Assembly (NCBI GenBank): GCA_964576275.1
Contig: CAZNUN010000004.1
Span: 28,736 to 92,735, forward strand
DNA from: an uncultured bacterium
Lineage (GTDB): Bacteria; Fidelibacterota; UBA2242
Direction of reading: 5' to 3'
Length of the DNA stretch: 64,000 nucleotides
Shown here: in pieces, positions 28,664 to 40,218 of the stretch
How the letters are laid out: each line of letters starts with the position of its first letter
Position numbering within the stretch: the stretch's first letter is position 1
Position numbers and translations under genes: made by a program
The notes under the pieces: generated by a model
Database searches by the model: none
What the model was told of the DNA's origin: nothing
Seen by the model: the letters and a program-made list of their open reading frames with translations, nothing else

Positions 28664-29699
28664 CCTGAATCGGCTGGTGCGGCGCAACGTCGCCGGACTG
28701 AAACCATATTCAACCGCCCGGGATGAATACAGCGGTTCGATCGGTGTCTTTCTGGATGCCAATGAAAATTCGCTGGGCAGTGCCACGGAAAGAAATTTCA
28801 ACCGCTATCCCGATCCGCATCAGCGCGAGCTGAAAGAGCGTCTCGCGGAAATCAAGAATGTATCAGCGGAGCGCATATTGCTGGGTAATGGCAGCGACGA
28901 GGTCATCGACCTTGCGATCCGGGCTTTTTGCGATCCGCGCCTCGACCGGATGATGATTGTTCCGCCGACTTACGGTATGTACGCCGTCAGTGCCGCTACG
29001 AATGATGTCGAAGTCATCGCCGTTCCGCTGACACCCGATTATCAATTGGATCTCCCGGCGATTCTGGCTCAGGCCGGGCGGGTCAAAATGATTTTTCTAT
29101 GTTCGCCGAATAATCCGAGCGGCAATTGTTTGAAGGCTGAAGCCGTTTGGGAACTATTGAATAAATTCAACGGGATTGTGGTCGTCGATGAGGCCTATGC
29201 CGATTTTACGCCCGGGAAAAGCCTGGTGCCCGAATTGGCGAACTATAACAACTTAATCATCATACAGACTTTTTCGAAAGCCTGGGGACTCGCGAATCTG
29301 CGCCTCGGGATGGCATTTGCCGACCCGCAAATCATCGCATGGCTGTCGCGCATTAAATATCCGTACAATGTCAACGGTCTGACGCAGAAAATGGCTTTGA
29401 CCGCCCTGCAGCGCGTCGCTGTAAAAGACCGGATGGTCGCTACCCTGCTGGCCGAGCGCGAGCGGTTGGTTAAATTACTGCCGGACTTAGCTGTGGTTGA
29501 AAAAGTATTTCCGTCCGACGCTAACTTTTTATTGGTTAAATTTCACGACGCGCGCCGGGTGTTCGATTATCTAATCTCGCAGAAAATTATCGTGCGGGAC
29601 CGTTCGCAGATGGTGCATTGTGAAAATTGCCTGCGTATTACGGTCGGCACCCGCGCTGAAAATGATATTTTAATTGCCAAACTGAAGGAATTAGAATAG
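28656..29699 (+). CDS. hisC: histidinol-phosphate aminotransferase
   Basis: GTG start at 28656 with RBS aaaggag 7 nt upstream, overlapping the hisD stop. Class II aminotransferase with PLP-lysine region ([13 protein letters not shown]). Confidence 0.9.
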   Translation: MVDLNRLVRRNVAGLKPYSTARDEYSGSIGVFLDANENSLGSATERNFNRYPDPHQRELKERLAEIKNVSAERILLGNGSDEVIDLAIRAFCDPRLDRMMIVPPTYGMYAVSAATNDVEVIAVPLTPDYQLDLPAILAQAGRVKMIFLCSPNNPSGNCLKAEAVWELLNKFNGIVVVDEAYADFTPGKSLVPELANYNNLIIIQTFSKAWGLANLRLGMAFADPQIIAWLSRIKYPYNVNGLTQKMALTALQRVAVKDRMVATLLAERERLVKLLPDLAVVEKVFPSDANFLLVKFHDARRVFDYLISQKIIVRDRSQMVHCENCLRITVGTRAENDILIAKLKELE

Positions 29700-30790
29700 T
29701 GAAGAAAGTTTTATTTATCGACCGCGACGGAACGCTGATAATCGAGCCGACCGACGAGCAAATCGATTCGCTGGAAAAATTAGAATTCGTGCCGGGCGCT
29801 ATCACGGCCATGTCCCGCATCGCGAAGCAACTTGATTTCGAGTTGGTCATGGTGAGCAACCAGGATGGTCTGGGAACCGATGCGTTTCCGGAAAAAGATT
29901 TCTGGCCGGCGCACAATAAAATGCTGCAAACGCTGGCGGGCGAGGGCGTGGTTTTCGCTGAAATTTTAATTGATCGCAGTTTTCCGGCGGACAATGCTCC
30001 GACGCGTAAACCGCGCACCGGTCTGCTTACCAAATATCTGGATGGCGACTACGATCTGGCTAATTCATTTGTGATTGGCGATCGGGCGACCGATGTGGAA
30101 CTGGCCCGCAATCTGGGCGCCAAATCGATTTACCTCGGAAAAGACGAAAAGGTTTCCGCCGATTTCAAAACGCAGAACTGGGCGGAAGTATTAGATTACC
30201 TTTTTAATGCTAACCGCACCGCCACGATTGCCCGTAAGACCAACGAGACCGACATTAATTTGAAAATTAACCTGAACGGCGCGGGACGGAACCAAATTGA
30301 TAGCGGCATCGGTTTTCTGGACCACATGCTGAACCTGTTCGCGGCCCATTCCGGTTGCGATCTCGAACTGACCGCCAAAGGCGATCTGGCGGTCGACGAA
30401 CATCACACCGTGGAAGACATTGCCCTGGTTTTGGGTGAAGGTCTGCTGAAAGCGCTGGGCGACAAGAAAGGCATTGAGCGTTACGGATTTCTGTTGCCGA
30501 TGGATGAATCGCTGGCGCAGGTGGCCTTGGATTTTTCCGGCCGGCGCGAATTTGTCTGGGAATGTGAATTCAAACGTGAATACGTCGGACAGATGCCCAC
30601 CGAATTAGTGCGGCATTTTTTCAAATCGTTTTCCGATGCGGCCGCCTGCAACCTGCATATTAAAGCCACGGGCGGGAACGAGCATCACAAAATCGAAGCG
30701 ATTTTCAAGGCGGTCGGACGGGCGGTCAAAATGGCCGTGCGCCGCGATCCCGATCGCCGGCAAATCCCAAGCACAAAAGGAGTGCTGTGA
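29699..30790 (+). CDS. hisB: bifunctional histidinol-phosphatase / imidazoleglycerol-phosphate dehydratase
   Basis: N-terminal HAD phosphatase (FIDRDGTL). C-terminal IGPD ([17 protein letters not shown]…HHTVED…HHKIEA). Confidence 0.95.
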   Translation: MKKVLFIDRDGTLIIEPTDEQIDSLEKLEFVPGAITAMSRIAKQLDFELVMVSNQDGLGTDAFPEKDFWPAHNKMLQTLAGEGVVFAEILIDRSFPADNAPTRKPRTGLLTKYLDGDYDLANSFVIGDRATDVELARNLGAKSIYLGKDEKVSADFKTQNWAEVLDYLFNANRTATIARKTNETDINLKINLNGAGRNQIDSGIGFLDHMLNLFAAHSGCDLELTAKGDLAVDEHHTVEDIALVLGEGLLKALGDKKGIERYGFLLPMDESLAQVALDFSGRREFVWECEFKREYVGQMPTELVRHFFKSFSDAAACNLHIKATGGNEHHKIEAIFKAVGRAVKMAVRRDPDRRQIPSTKGVL

Positions 30791-31368
30791 AAGTGGTAAT
30801 GGTCGAATATAACGCCGGAAACGTTCATTCCGTGCGTCTGGCGCTGCAGCGGTTGGGGATCGAGCCGGTGGTCAGCAGCGATCCGGCCGTGATCAAATCG
30901 GCCGACAAAGTAATTTTTCCGGGAGTCGGTGAAGCCTCCTCGGCAATGCAATACATCCGCGCCAGTGGAGTTGCCGAACTGCTGCCGACTTTACGCCAGC
31001 CGATTCTGGGAATTTGCCTCGGATTACAACTTATGTGTCGTCATTCCGAAGAGAATAACACCGACTGTCTCGGCATCTTCGATGTCGCGGTCAAGAAATT
31101 TCCGCCTTTGGATAAAGTGCCGCACATGGGTTGGAACACGCTCGGCCAACTGCGTGGCGAACTTTTCCGCGCCGTATCGGAAAACGCCTATGTTTATTTC
31201 GTACACAGTTACTACGCCGAGATGAGTGAATTCACCATCGCGCAAACCGGTTACATCGTGCCGTTTTCGTCAGCTTTGCAGAAAGATAACTTTTTCGCGG
31301 TGCAATTTCACCCGGAAAAGAGCGGTTTAGTAGGCGAACAAATTTTGAGGAATTTTCTGCAATTATGA
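30787..31368 (+). CDS. hisH: imidazole glycerol phosphate synthase, glutamine amidotransferase subunit
   Basis: Class I GATase catalytic Cys ([10 protein letters not shown]). Typical HisH start ([12 protein letters not shown]). Confidence 0.95.
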   Translation: MKVVMVEYNAGNVHSVRLALQRLGIEPVVSSDPAVIKSADKVIFPGVGEASSAMQYIRASGVAELLPTLRQPILGICLGLQLMCRHSEENNTDCLGIFDVAVKKFPPLDKVPHMGWNTLGQLRGELFRAVSENAYVYFVHSYYAEMSEFTIAQTGYIVPFSSALQKDNFFAVQFHPEKSGLVGEQILRNFLQL

Positions 31369-32087
31369 TTACGATAATTCCGGCAATCGATATTATTGGC
31401 GGCAAATGCGTACGCTTAAGCCGCGGCGATTTTGCGACGCAGAAAATTTATAATGAGAATCCGCTGGAAGTCGCCCGGCAATTCGCCGATGCGGGCATTA
31501 CGCGCCTGCACTTAGTCGATCTGGATGGCGCCCGCCATAAACATGTAGTCAACTGGAAAGTGCTGGAAAGCATCGCGGCCGGAACACCCTTGCAGATCGA
31601 TTTCGGAGGCGGTATTCGAAGCGATGAAGATGTCCGCATTGCCTTCGAAAGCGGTGCGCGCCAGATTACGGCGGGCAGTATTGCGGTCAACCAGCCCGAT
31701 AAAGTCTGCGACTGGCTGAAAAAGTTTGGTGGCGAGAAAATTATCCTCGGCGCCGATGTCAAAGACCGACAAATCGCGATTTACGGCTGGCAGGAAAAAG
31801 CAGCGCTGGATGTGCTGGATTTCCTGCGTGATTATCAGCAAAAGGGCGCCCGGCAAACGATCTGCACGGACGTGGCCTGCGACGGAATGCTGACCGGCCC
31901 GGCCTTTGAATTGTATCGCGAAATTAAACGCGAATTCACTGATCTTTACCTGATTGCCAGCGGTGGCGTCGGGCGTTTTGATGATGTCCTGCGTTTGCAG
32001 GAAGACGGCATCGATGGCGTAATAATTGGCAAGGCGCTTTACGAGGGCCGCATCAGCCTGGCGGAACTGAAAGGTTTTTTATGTTAG
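31365..32087 (+). CDS. hisA: ProFAR isomerase (1-(5-phosphoribosyl)-5-[(5-phosphoribosylamino)methylideneamino]imidazole-4-carboxamide isomerase)
   Basis: [15 protein letters not shown]…GGGIRS… HisA motifs. Confidence 0.95.
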   Translation: MITIIPAIDIIGGKCVRLSRGDFATQKIYNENPLEVARQFADAGITRLHLVDLDGARHKHVVNWKVLESIAAGTPLQIDFGGGIRSDEDVRIAFESGARQITAGSIAVNQPDKVCDWLKKFGGEKIILGADVKDRQIAIYGWQEKAALDVLDFLRDYQQKGARQTICTDVACDGMLTGPAFELYREIKREFTDLYLIASGGVGRFDDVLRLQEDGIDGVIIGKALYEGRISLAELKGFLC

Positions 32088-32836
32088 CCAAACGCATAAT
32101 TCCCTGTCTCGATATCAAAGACGGACAGACTGTCAAAGGGGTCAATTTTGTCAATATCCGGCACGCCGGCGATCCGGTCGAACTTGGGGCGGCTTATGCC
32201 GGGCAGGGCGCTGATGAACTGGTGTTTCTCGACATAACGGCTTCCGTTGAAAAACGCGGGACGTTCGTCGAATTGGTACGCGACATCGCGAAACATCTGA
32301 ACATTCCGTTCACCGTCGGTGGCGGAGTGCGCGATGCCGATGACGTGGCGCGACTGCTGAACGCCGGCGCCGATAAAATTTCGGTCAACACCGCGGCGGT
32401 CAACAACCCGGGATTGATCGAAAGACTGGCCAACCGCTTCGGCAGTCAATGCGTGGTGGTGGCGATCGACACGCGCCACACGCCGCAGGGCGATGTGGTT
32501 TATATTCATGGCGGACGCACGCCGACCGATAAAATTACCCAGGATTGGGCGCGGCAGGTCGTCGAACTGGGAGCCGGTGAAATTCTGCTGACTTCCATGG
32601 ATCACGACGGTACGAAAAACGGTTTTGCGCTGGATATAACGCGGGAATTATCGGAAAGCTTACCAATTCCCGTGATTGCCTCGGGCGGTGCCGGAACACT
32701 GTCGCACTTCACGGATGTTTTCCGGGAAGGCAAAGCCGATGCGGCCCTGGCTGCCAGTATTTTTCATTTCGGCGAAATCCCGATCCCGACCCTGAAACAT
32801 TATCTTAAAACGAATGGAATAGAGGTGCGCTTATGA
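32081..32836 (+). CDS. hisF: imidazole glycerol phosphate synthase, cyclase subunit
   Basis: [11 protein letters not shown]…VGGGV… HisF motifs. Confidence 0.95.
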   Translation: MLAKRIIPCLDIKDGQTVKGVNFVNIRHAGDPVELGAAYAGQGADELVFLDITASVEKRGTFVELVRDIAKHLNIPFTVGGGVRDADDVARLLNAGADKISVNTAAVNNPGLIERLANRFGSQCVVVAIDTRHTPQGDVVYIHGGRTPTDKITQDWARQVVELGAGEILLTSMDHDGTKNGFALDITRELSESLPIPVIASGGAGTLSHFTDVFREGKADAALAASIFHFGEIPIPTLKHYLKTNGIEVRL

Positions 32837-33429
32837 ATATAGATTTCGATAAAAATGACGGGCTGGTTCCGGCTATTATCCAGGATGAAACGACCGGAAA
32901 GGTGCTGATGCTCGGTTACCTGAACCGCGAGTCTTACGAGAAAACCCTGGCAACCGGCCGGGTGACGTTTTTCAGCCGCAGCCGCCAGACGCTCTGGACA
33001 AAAGGCGAAACATCCGGGAATTTCCTGGATGTCAAAGATATTTTGATAGATTGCGACGGTGATACGCTATTGATCAAAGTCCGGCCGACCGGCCCGACCT
33101 GTCATACCGGAGCGGACACCTGCTTCAATGAGGAAAATGTGGTTGCTCAATCATTTATTTATGAACTGGAAAAAGTCATCACAGATCGCAAAATTCATCC
33201 GCAGGCCGGCTCATACACCAATACATTGTTCGAGGCTGGAATCAAACGTATCGCCCAGAAAGTTGGAGAGGAAGCCACGGAAGTCGTCATCGACGCTGTC
33301 TCGGACAATGTGCCGTGTATGCAGGAAGAGGTCGCCGATTTGCTTTATCACTTGCTGGTGCTGTTAGCCGCGAAAAACATCGCATTCGACGACATCATGC
33401 AAGTGCTGGAAAAACGGCATAAAAAGTGA
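32833..33429 (+). CDS. hisIE: bifunctional phosphoribosyl-AMP cyclohydrolase / phosphoribosyl-ATP pyrophosphatase
   Basis: N-terminal HisI ([22 protein letters not shown]…CHTG). C-terminal HisE ([13 protein letters not shown]). Confidence 0.95.
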   Translation: MNIDFDKNDGLVPAIIQDETTGKVLMLGYLNRESYEKTLATGRVTFFSRSRQTLWTKGETSGNFLDVKDILIDCDGDTLLIKVRPTGPTCHTGADTCFNEENVVAQSFIYELEKVITDRKIHPQAGSYTNTLFEAGIKRIAQKVGEEATEVVIDAVSDNVPCMQEEVADLLYHLLVLLAAKNIAFDDIMQVLEKRHKK

Positions 33430-33430
33430 C

Positions 33431-33545
33431 TATCTGTTAGTTGCGAGTTACGAGTTACGAGTTTACAGTTTCCGGTTTACAGTTACCAGTTTACAGTTTG
33501 TCATCACGCTTTACGACTTACGCCTTACGAATTCACCTTTTACCA
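33431..33545. repeat. dispersed intergenic repeat element built from GTTACGAG and GTTTACAGTT short tandem motifs
   Basis: gcgagttacgagttacgagtttacagtttccggtttacagttaccagtttacagtttgtcatcacgctttacgacttacgccttacg. Related copies lie at 22941-23016, 23391-23468 and 24866-24905. Confidence 0.7.
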
Positions 33546-33733
33546 GCCGCTCGTCACTTACAAAGAATGACCATTGAATGATCCCGACAAGTCGGGACTT
33601 CGCTTTGCTCAGCAATTGAATAACAATCGAAACAGATTTTCTTGGAAGTATTCAGCCGCGAAAGTAAATTGCTTGTCAGCTTTTTGAAAGTAAATAATCG
33701 TTTGTGAAAAAAATGTTTAAACAAACAAAGTAA

Positions 33734-34765
<1,032 letters not shown>

Positions 34766-34784
34766 TCAGTTCGGCAATAAATAG

Positions 34785-36905
34785 TTGAAAACCGTAAACT
34801 TTATTTTCGGAATTCATAACCATCAGCCGGTAGGCAACTTCGACTATGTAATGGAGTATGCCTACCGGCAAAGTTATTTGCCGTTCATTGAAATCGTCGA
34901 AGAATTCAGCGACATCCACATTACTTTTCACTTCAGCGGTTGTCTGCTGGAATGGTTGGAGGCGCATTATCCGGATTACCTCGACCGGATCGCCGCCTTA
35001 GTGGCGCACGGCAACGTCGAGATAATTTCCGGCGGGTTCTTCGAGCCGGTGCTGGCAATGATTCCCGATGCCGATAAGGTCGGCCAGATCAAGATGATGA
35101 ACGACTATATTCAGAAGCGTTTCAATTATCCCGCCAAAGGACTTTGGCTGACCGAGCGCGTCTGGGAGCCGCATTTAGCCAAACCGATCGCCGAAGCCGG
35201 AATCAAGTATATCACCGTTGATGATTTTCATTTTCTCAGCAACGGCAAACAGGAAAGCGAACTTACCGGTCATTTTCTAACGGAAGAGCAGGGCAAAACG
35301 CTGGGCATTTTCCCGATCAGTCAGCGGCTGCGTTATACAATTCCTTTCCAGGATCCGCAGGCGACGATTGATCACCTGGCGCAATTTGCCACGGATGACG
35401 GCGAAACCGTCGTGGTCATGGCCGACGACGGTGAGAAATTCGGCGTCTGGCCTGGTACGCACGACCAGGTTTTTACCAATGGTTGGCTGCGCAATTTCTT
35501 CACGACTTTGCGGAAAAACAGCGAGTGGCTGAAGACCCTGACCTTTGCCGAATGGTACGAAAATCATCCGCCCAAAGGTCGCATTTACCTACCGACGGCT
35601 TCGTATTTCGAGATGAGCGAATGGTCGTTGCCGGCGGCTTCCGGTGAAAAATTCGCCGACTTGGTGCATGAATTCGAGCACAAGAAGCGCATTGATGAAG
35701 TCCGCCCCTTTGTCAAAGGCGGCATCTGGCGCAATTTCCTGTTCAAATACGATGAGAGCAATTGGATGCAGAAAAAAATGCTGCACCTTTCGGAACGGTT
35801 AAACAGGGTTAATCCGACCGAATTGCCGGAAAAACAGCGTCAGGAACTGGAAGAGGTGCGTTTACATCTCTGGCGCGGTACCTGCAATTGCGCCTACTGG
35901 CACGGGATTTTCGGCGGACTGTATCTGCCGCACCTGCGACATGCCATTTACAGCGAATTGCTGACCGGTGAACGCCTTTTAGATAAAATCACCGGGGCGA
36001 AAGGTTTCCGCAGCGAGATAGTTGATTTCGATGCTGACGGCGAGCCGGAATATTTGATCGATTACGGTAATCTGCATACGGCGATTGCGCCGCACCGCGG
36101 CGGCATGATCACGGAATTGTCACTGATCGATAAATCCTTTAACCTGCTGAATAACATCCAGCGTTATCACGAGTCTTATCATCGCAAGGTAACTCTGGCC
36201 GATCAGGAAGACGGCGCCAATGCCAGCGGCAGTATTCACGATCTGGTGCTCTCCAAGGAAAAAGGCCTGGAGAAATATCTCAAATACGATAAATATCCGC
36301 GCAAGAATCTGCTCGATCATATCATTCACCCGGCGGTTTCGCTGGAACGTTTCCGCAACGGCGAATACTATGAAGACAGCGATTTCATCGCCGGGCGATA
36401 TGCTCCGGAATTTGAGGAAAAAACCCGCACACTGACGCTATCCAAAGACGGTTGGATCAATTGGCAGAAATTCAGTATCAAAAAGGCGATCACTTTCGAA
36501 AAAACCGGTTTGCAAATCACTTATACATTAACTAATAACGATATAAAAGAGAATATCTTCCGCTTCGGACCGGAGTTCAATTTTGCCTTGCTGGGCGGTA
36601 ACTCGCCCGATCGTTATTATATCGCGGATGGAGAGAAGACCGCCGAGCCGGCTTTGAATTCGGACGGAGTTTTACCAGGAATCAAATCTCTGGGCGTCGT
36701 AAATGAGTGGGACAAATTCAAAGCCGAGGTGATCGCGCCGCAAGCTGTGGAGTTCTGGCGTCTTCCGGTTGAAACGGTTTCGCTGTCCGAAGCCGGGTTC
36801 GAGCGCATTTACCAGAGTTCGGTTATCATCCCGTGGTTCGATGTTAAACTGCAAGGCGGCGAGACGCTTGCTATTTCCGTTGAAATAAAAACAACCGGTA
36901 TTTAA
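34785..36905 (+). CDS. glycoside hydrolase family 57 protein (4-alpha-glucanotransferase / alpha-amylase-like)
   Basis: The GH57 N-terminal signature (FIFGIHNHQPVGNF…, …GGFFEPVLAMIPD…WLTERVWEP) is directly visible; TTG start. Confidence 0.75.
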   Translation: MKTVNFIFGIHNHQPVGNFDYVMEYAYRQSYLPFIEIVEEFSDIHITFHFSGCLLEWLEAHYPDYLDRIAALVAHGNVEIISGGFFEPVLAMIPDADKVGQIKMMNDYIQKRFNYPAKGLWLTERVWEPHLAKPIAEAGIKYITVDDFHFLSNGKQESELTGHFLTEEQGKTLGIFPISQRLRYTIPFQDPQATIDHLAQFATDDGETVVVMADDGEKFGVWPGTHDQVFTNGWLRNFFTTLRKNSEWLKTLTFAEWYENHPPKGRIYLPTASYFEMSEWSLPAASGEKFADLVHEFEHKKRIDEVRPFVKGGIWRNFLFKYDESNWMQKKMLHLSERLNRVNPTELPEKQRQELEEVRLHLWRGTCNCAYWHGIFGGLYLPHLRHAIYSELLTGERLLDKITGAKGFRSEIVDFDADGEPEYLIDYGNLHTAIAPHRGGMITELSLIDKSFNLLNNIQRYHESYHRKVTLADQEDGANASGSIHDLVLSKEKGLEKYLKYDKYPRKNLLDHIIHPAVSLERFRNGEYYEDSDFIAGRYAPEFEEKTRTLTLSKDGWINWQKFSIKKAITFEKTGLQITYTLTNNDIKENIFRFGPEFNFALLGGNSPDRYYIADGEKTAEPALNSDGVLPGIKSLGVVNEWDKFKAEVIAPQAVEFWRLPVETVSLSEAGFERIYQSSVIIPWFDVKLQGGETLAISVEIKTTGI

Positions 36906-37003
36906 CCTAAACTCAAATTATAACGCAGGCGGGTCTGCCACTTCAGGTTTGCTTTGTGATATCCAGGGTTAAAATAATACGATCCAGCTGCGCAATCTTT
37001 TAC

Positions 37004-37502
37004 TTATAAAAACGTGGCCACGCCAACTTCAAATTTTATATTAGATAATTGTTGATTGGTGGTGCTGATCCCGTGCGCGTAATCCAATCCGAGATCAAGA
37101 AAAATTTTTTGATTTAGTCTTACAAGATAGCCAGACTCGATCAGCAGGACATTACGATCAGGCAAGTCATTATATTTTTTAAATACGAATGAGGTACCGA
37201 GGTAAAATTGATAGAGGTAGAATTTTTGCCCCAATCCAAAACCAAGGTCACATTCGGGAGAATCGTTCCCTTCGGGTGGATATATATTTAAAGCAGTCAA
37301 TACTGTCAACTGCAGGGAAATTTTTTTTTTAAATGAAATAACCGCACTGAGGTTTAATATCCAAGACCGAACGTACCAATTCATTTTTCCAGTAATCACG
37401 TTCGTATGAAAATGAACCTCCGATTCGCAGACTTCCGCGATCGAATTGGGCTGAAGCCGAAATTGATAAAAATAAAATCAATGATGCGATTTTTCTTACC
37501 AT
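37004..37502 (-). pseudogene. small outer-membrane beta-barrel-like gene split by a frameshift: a signal-peptide ORF (37329-37502) and a C-terminal ORF (37004-37399) in different frames
   Basis: The N frame encodes MVRKIASLILFLSISASAQFDRGSLRIGGSFSYER… and ends at a TAA abutting a T10/A10 homopolymer (37321-37330). The C frame is the 131-aa ORF ending …KFEVGVATFL. The region is AT-rich. Confidence 0.35.
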
Positions 37503-37510
37503 AATACTCT

Positions 37511-38485
37511 CTATTCAAATAATAGGGATAGATCGAATTTTTGGAGAGCAATTCCCCAGGTTCCGTCGAGACTTCTGAATGAGAACCAGACTGCGAGAAG
37601 ATTTACGCTGACAATACCAGTGCTACGATAGACCCGGTCACATGGCCCGAAAAAAGTATCAACGTGATCAATAATTGGCTCCTGATGAAATTCCCAGTTT
37701 AGTAAATCTGAACTTTTTGCCAGATATAGATCGGTGTTTGGATAAGGAGCAGATACGAGCATATAATAATTGTCCTTATTTCCGAAAATGTCAATATGCC
37801 ACGGCATTAGATCCATAGGGAATGAATAATTAATAGAATTAATGCTATCAGGATTCCATTCCAGAGGATTATAGCTTACTAAATACTGGATTGGGCGTTT
37901 TTTTTCCGAAGCGTTGACATAAAATAAATAGTACTTTGGTTTGATATAAATACAAGCTGGAGAAAGCACAAAAGGTTCGGCTTTTTTCAAATCGTAATGA
38001 ATTTTTGATTTGCGTTCCCATTTGATGCGGTTTTCTGAAGTCAGGATTACGATATTTTGAGAATCAGGCCGCAGTGTCTCATTGTAATATAGATAAAACC
38101 GATCCGTATTTGGATCATAAAGTATGTCCGGGTCGTTGTTATATCCATTTGGGGGTGCCGAAACAAGTGGGTTTAACCCTTCGGATTCTTCATAAAAATC
38201 CGTGCCATTGTCACTAACCACAATGGAGGGATTTTCATACTGAGTGCGGCTGTAAGGGTAGGGCGTGAAAGCCATTACAAAGTAATGCCCATCTATTCCG
38301 TTTTCGAAGTAAATGACATCCGGATGCATAGCCTGAAAAGAGCCGTCATAGGTCGGAATTCTTAGCACTTTCTGATTGGGAAGATGCTCAAAATCAAAAC
38401 CTGAATCTTCACTGCCACAGTTGCTCAATACCAGCATGCAAATTAATATGAATGTTAATGTTAATATGTTGTTGAGGTTTTTCAT
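37511..38485 (-). CDS. secreted lipoprotein, probable beta-propeller glycoside-hydrolase-like (GH43/GH32-clan-like) protein
   Basis: Lipobox (…LVLSNCGSE). Repeated D/W/Y-rich blade-like segments. AT-rich codon usage distinct from neighbouring genes. The family assignment is weak. Confidence 0.35.
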   Translation of the reverse strand: MKNLNNILTLTFILICMLVLSNCGSEDSGFDFEHLPNQKVLRIPTYDGSFQAMHPDVIYFENGIDGHYFVMAFTPYPYSRTQYENPSIVVSDNGTDFYEESEGLNPLVSAPPNGYNNDPDILYDPNTDRFYLYYNETLRPDSQNIVILTSENRIKWERKSKIHYDLKKAEPFVLSPACIYIKPKYYLFYVNASEKKRPIQYLVSYNPLEWNPDSINSINYSFPMDLMPWHIDIFGNKDNYYMLVSAPYPNTDLYLAKSSDLLNWEFHQEPIIDHVDTFFGPCDRVYRSTGIVSVNLLAVWFSFRSLDGTWGIALQKFDLSLLFE

Positions 38486-38657
38486 GTATCAAAATACAAG
38501 TCCCGCAAATTCTCAAGACCGGGGGTTGATTGGCAAACCTGCTTTCAAATTACAGGATAAACTGTCAGAGCTTACATAAAAAATAACTACATGGTAAATA
38601 ATATAGAAAAAAATTGAAAAAACAATTAAAAAATATTGAGTAGATGCTTTTAGGGGG

Positions 38658-38727
38658 TGTGAGTGCAGCAGGGATCATTGCCCGACTGCTGACGCATTCA
38701 CGCAGGCAGGGAACCTGCTCGCAGGTT
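38658..38727. repeat. tandem partial copies of the tRNA-Lys 3' end
   Basis: A 19-bp exact repeat tgtgagtgcagcagggatc lies at 38658-38676 and at 38785-38803 (the tRNA 3' end). A third degenerate copy cagggaacctgc lies at ~38706-38720. Confidence 0.7.
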
Positions 38728-38786
38728 CTTTCTTATAAAGAAAAATGCTGTTGGAAAAACGCACTTTTAGGTTAGTTGGGATTTTG

Positions 38787-38859
38787 TGAGTGCAGCAGGG
38801 ATCGAACCTGCGACCCACGGCTTAAAAGGCCGTTGCTCTACCTACTGAGCTATGCACCC
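38787..38859 (-). tRNA. tRNA-Lys (anticodon UUU)
   Basis: The reverse complement gives GGGTGCATAGCTCAGTAGGTAGAGCAACGGCCTTTTAAGCCGTGGGTCGCAGGTTCGATCCCTGCTGCACTCA. The 7-bp acceptor stem, D-arm, anticodon stem ACGGC/GCCGT with loop CTTTTAA, and T-arm GCAGG-TTCGATC-CCTGC are all present. Confidence 0.9.
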
Positions 38860-38950
38860 TGAAAAAAAGCCTGAAAAATTAGTATTTTATCGAAAATATT
38901 CCAAGAAAAACGTTACATTGCTGACGCTAAAATAGCTACTATAACTCAAT

Positions 38951-39928
38951 TTATGATGACAAAATGTGATAGATTTTCATTAATTCTGCATCAAGAGGCT
39001 TTTTCTTTTCCCAGGTTTCCGGCAATGGGATAAAGGTCGCTGCGTTGTTGGCCCAGCCGACCATAATGTCAGTTTTACCGTCCTCTAATGCTTTTACGGC
39101 GTGGTAGCCTAACCGGCTTGCAAGCAGTCGATCAGTTGCTGAAGGACTGCCGCCCCGTTGAGTATGACCGAGGACGCAGACATGGCAAAGCGTATGGTAT
39201 TGCTGACGCAGCTTTTCGGCGATTTCATGCGCGTTGCCGAGTTCGTCGCCTTCGGCGATTACTATCAGACTGCTGGTTTTGCCGGCCGCCGACCAGGTCT
39301 TTACCAAATTGCCAAGATTATCCAGTGAAAGATGAACTTCCGGAACCAAGATTTCTTCAGCGCCGCCACAGATGCCGACTTCCAGGGCGATGAATCCGGC
39401 ATGTCTTCCCATTACCTCGACGATAAACAGCCGGTCGTGGGAAGCGGCGGTGTCGCGGATTTTATCAATTGAATCGAGTGCGGTGGTAATGGCCGTGTCA
39501 TATCCGATTGTCAGGTCAGTGCCCCAGATGTCATTATCAATCGTTCCGGGCAGGCCTACGACCTGAACATTGTGCTCTTCATATAAAGCATGCGCGCCGT
39601 GGAAGCTACCATCGCCGCCAATCACAACCAGACCATCAATTTTCCACTCTTTTAGAATATCAGCAGCTTTTTGGCGTCCGGCTTTATGCATGAAAGTCTC
39701 GCTCCGCGAAGTCTTTAGAAAAGTGCCGCCTTTTTGGATCATATTGCTTACCGAGCGCCGCTGAAGTGGCATGATGTCGCCATTAATCAGGCCTTCGTAG
39801 CCACCGTAAATGCCGAAAACTTCGAGGCCATCATAGATCGCAGTCCGTACCACCGCCCGGATACAGGCATTCATGCCCGGCGCGTCGCCGCCGCTGGTCA
39901 GCACGGCGATTTTTTTCATTTTTGACAC
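38951..39928 (-). CDS. pfkA: ATP-dependent 6-phosphofructokinase
   Basis: IAVLTSGGDAPGMNACIRAVVR… and GGDGS motifs are typical of PfkA; 325 aa. Confidence 0.9.
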   Translation of the reverse strand: MSKMKKIAVLTSGGDAPGMNACIRAVVRTAIYDGLEVFGIYGGYEGLINGDIMPLQRRSVSNMIQKGGTFLKTSRSETFMHKAGRQKAADILKEWKIDGLVVIGGDGSFHGAHALYEEHNVQVVGLPGTIDNDIWGTDLTIGYDTAITTALDSIDKIRDTAASHDRLFIVEVMGRHAGFIALEVGICGGAEEILVPEVHLSLDNLGNLVKTWSAAGKTSSLIVIAEGDELGNAHEIAEKLRQQYHTLCHVCVLGHTQRGGSPSATDRLLASRLGYHAVKALEDGKTDIMVGWANNAATFIPLPETWEKKKPLDAELMKIYHILSS

Positions 39929-39942
39929 AGTAACCCCTTAAT

Positions 39943-40203
39943 CTAATTTTTAACGGGAATTTCAAGATACTGGGCGTTAATTCCTTCCAACAGATTCAGC
40001 TTACGGGTCAGTTCGACATGCTTTTCTTTTTCGCCGACTAATTCCAGAATGATCGAGCCGACTTCCGAGCATTGATCCAATACGCCTTCATGCAGACCGA
40101 GCCGGGTCTTGATAAAACAGCCCCATTCGGTCAGGATTTTCTGAACGGTAACGGCTTCTTTCTTCCGCAGATTGACGACGATAATCATAAAATTCTTGGT
40201 CAT
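39943..40203 (-). CDS. small ACT/NikR-C-like domain protein, TM1266-like (putative iron-only hydrogenase system regulator family)
   Basis: 86 aa; pattern MIIVVNLRKKEAVTVQKILTEWGCFIKTRLGLHE…ILELVGEKEKHVELTRKLNLLEGINAQYLEI resembles the TM1266 family. No hydrogenase gene is nearby. Confidence 0.4.
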   Translation of the reverse strand: MTKNFMIIVVNLRKKEAVTVQKILTEWGCFIKTRLGLHEGVLDQCSEVGSIILELVGEKEKHVELTRKLNLLEGINAQYLEIPVKN

Positions 40204-40218
40204 ATTGCCTCCTTGTGG

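Noticed and set aside
37321-37330. T10/A10 tract as a phase-variation switch for the split outer-membrane gene
   Set aside because: The N-terminal frame terminates at a TAA formed at the tract boundary regardless of tract length, so slippage alone cannot fuse the frames.
38658-38803. The second tRNA-like sequence at 38658-38727 as an additional tRNA gene
   Set aside because: Only the 3' acceptor/T-arm half is present (19-bp identity), with no D-arm or anticodon arm; it is an att-like partial duplication.
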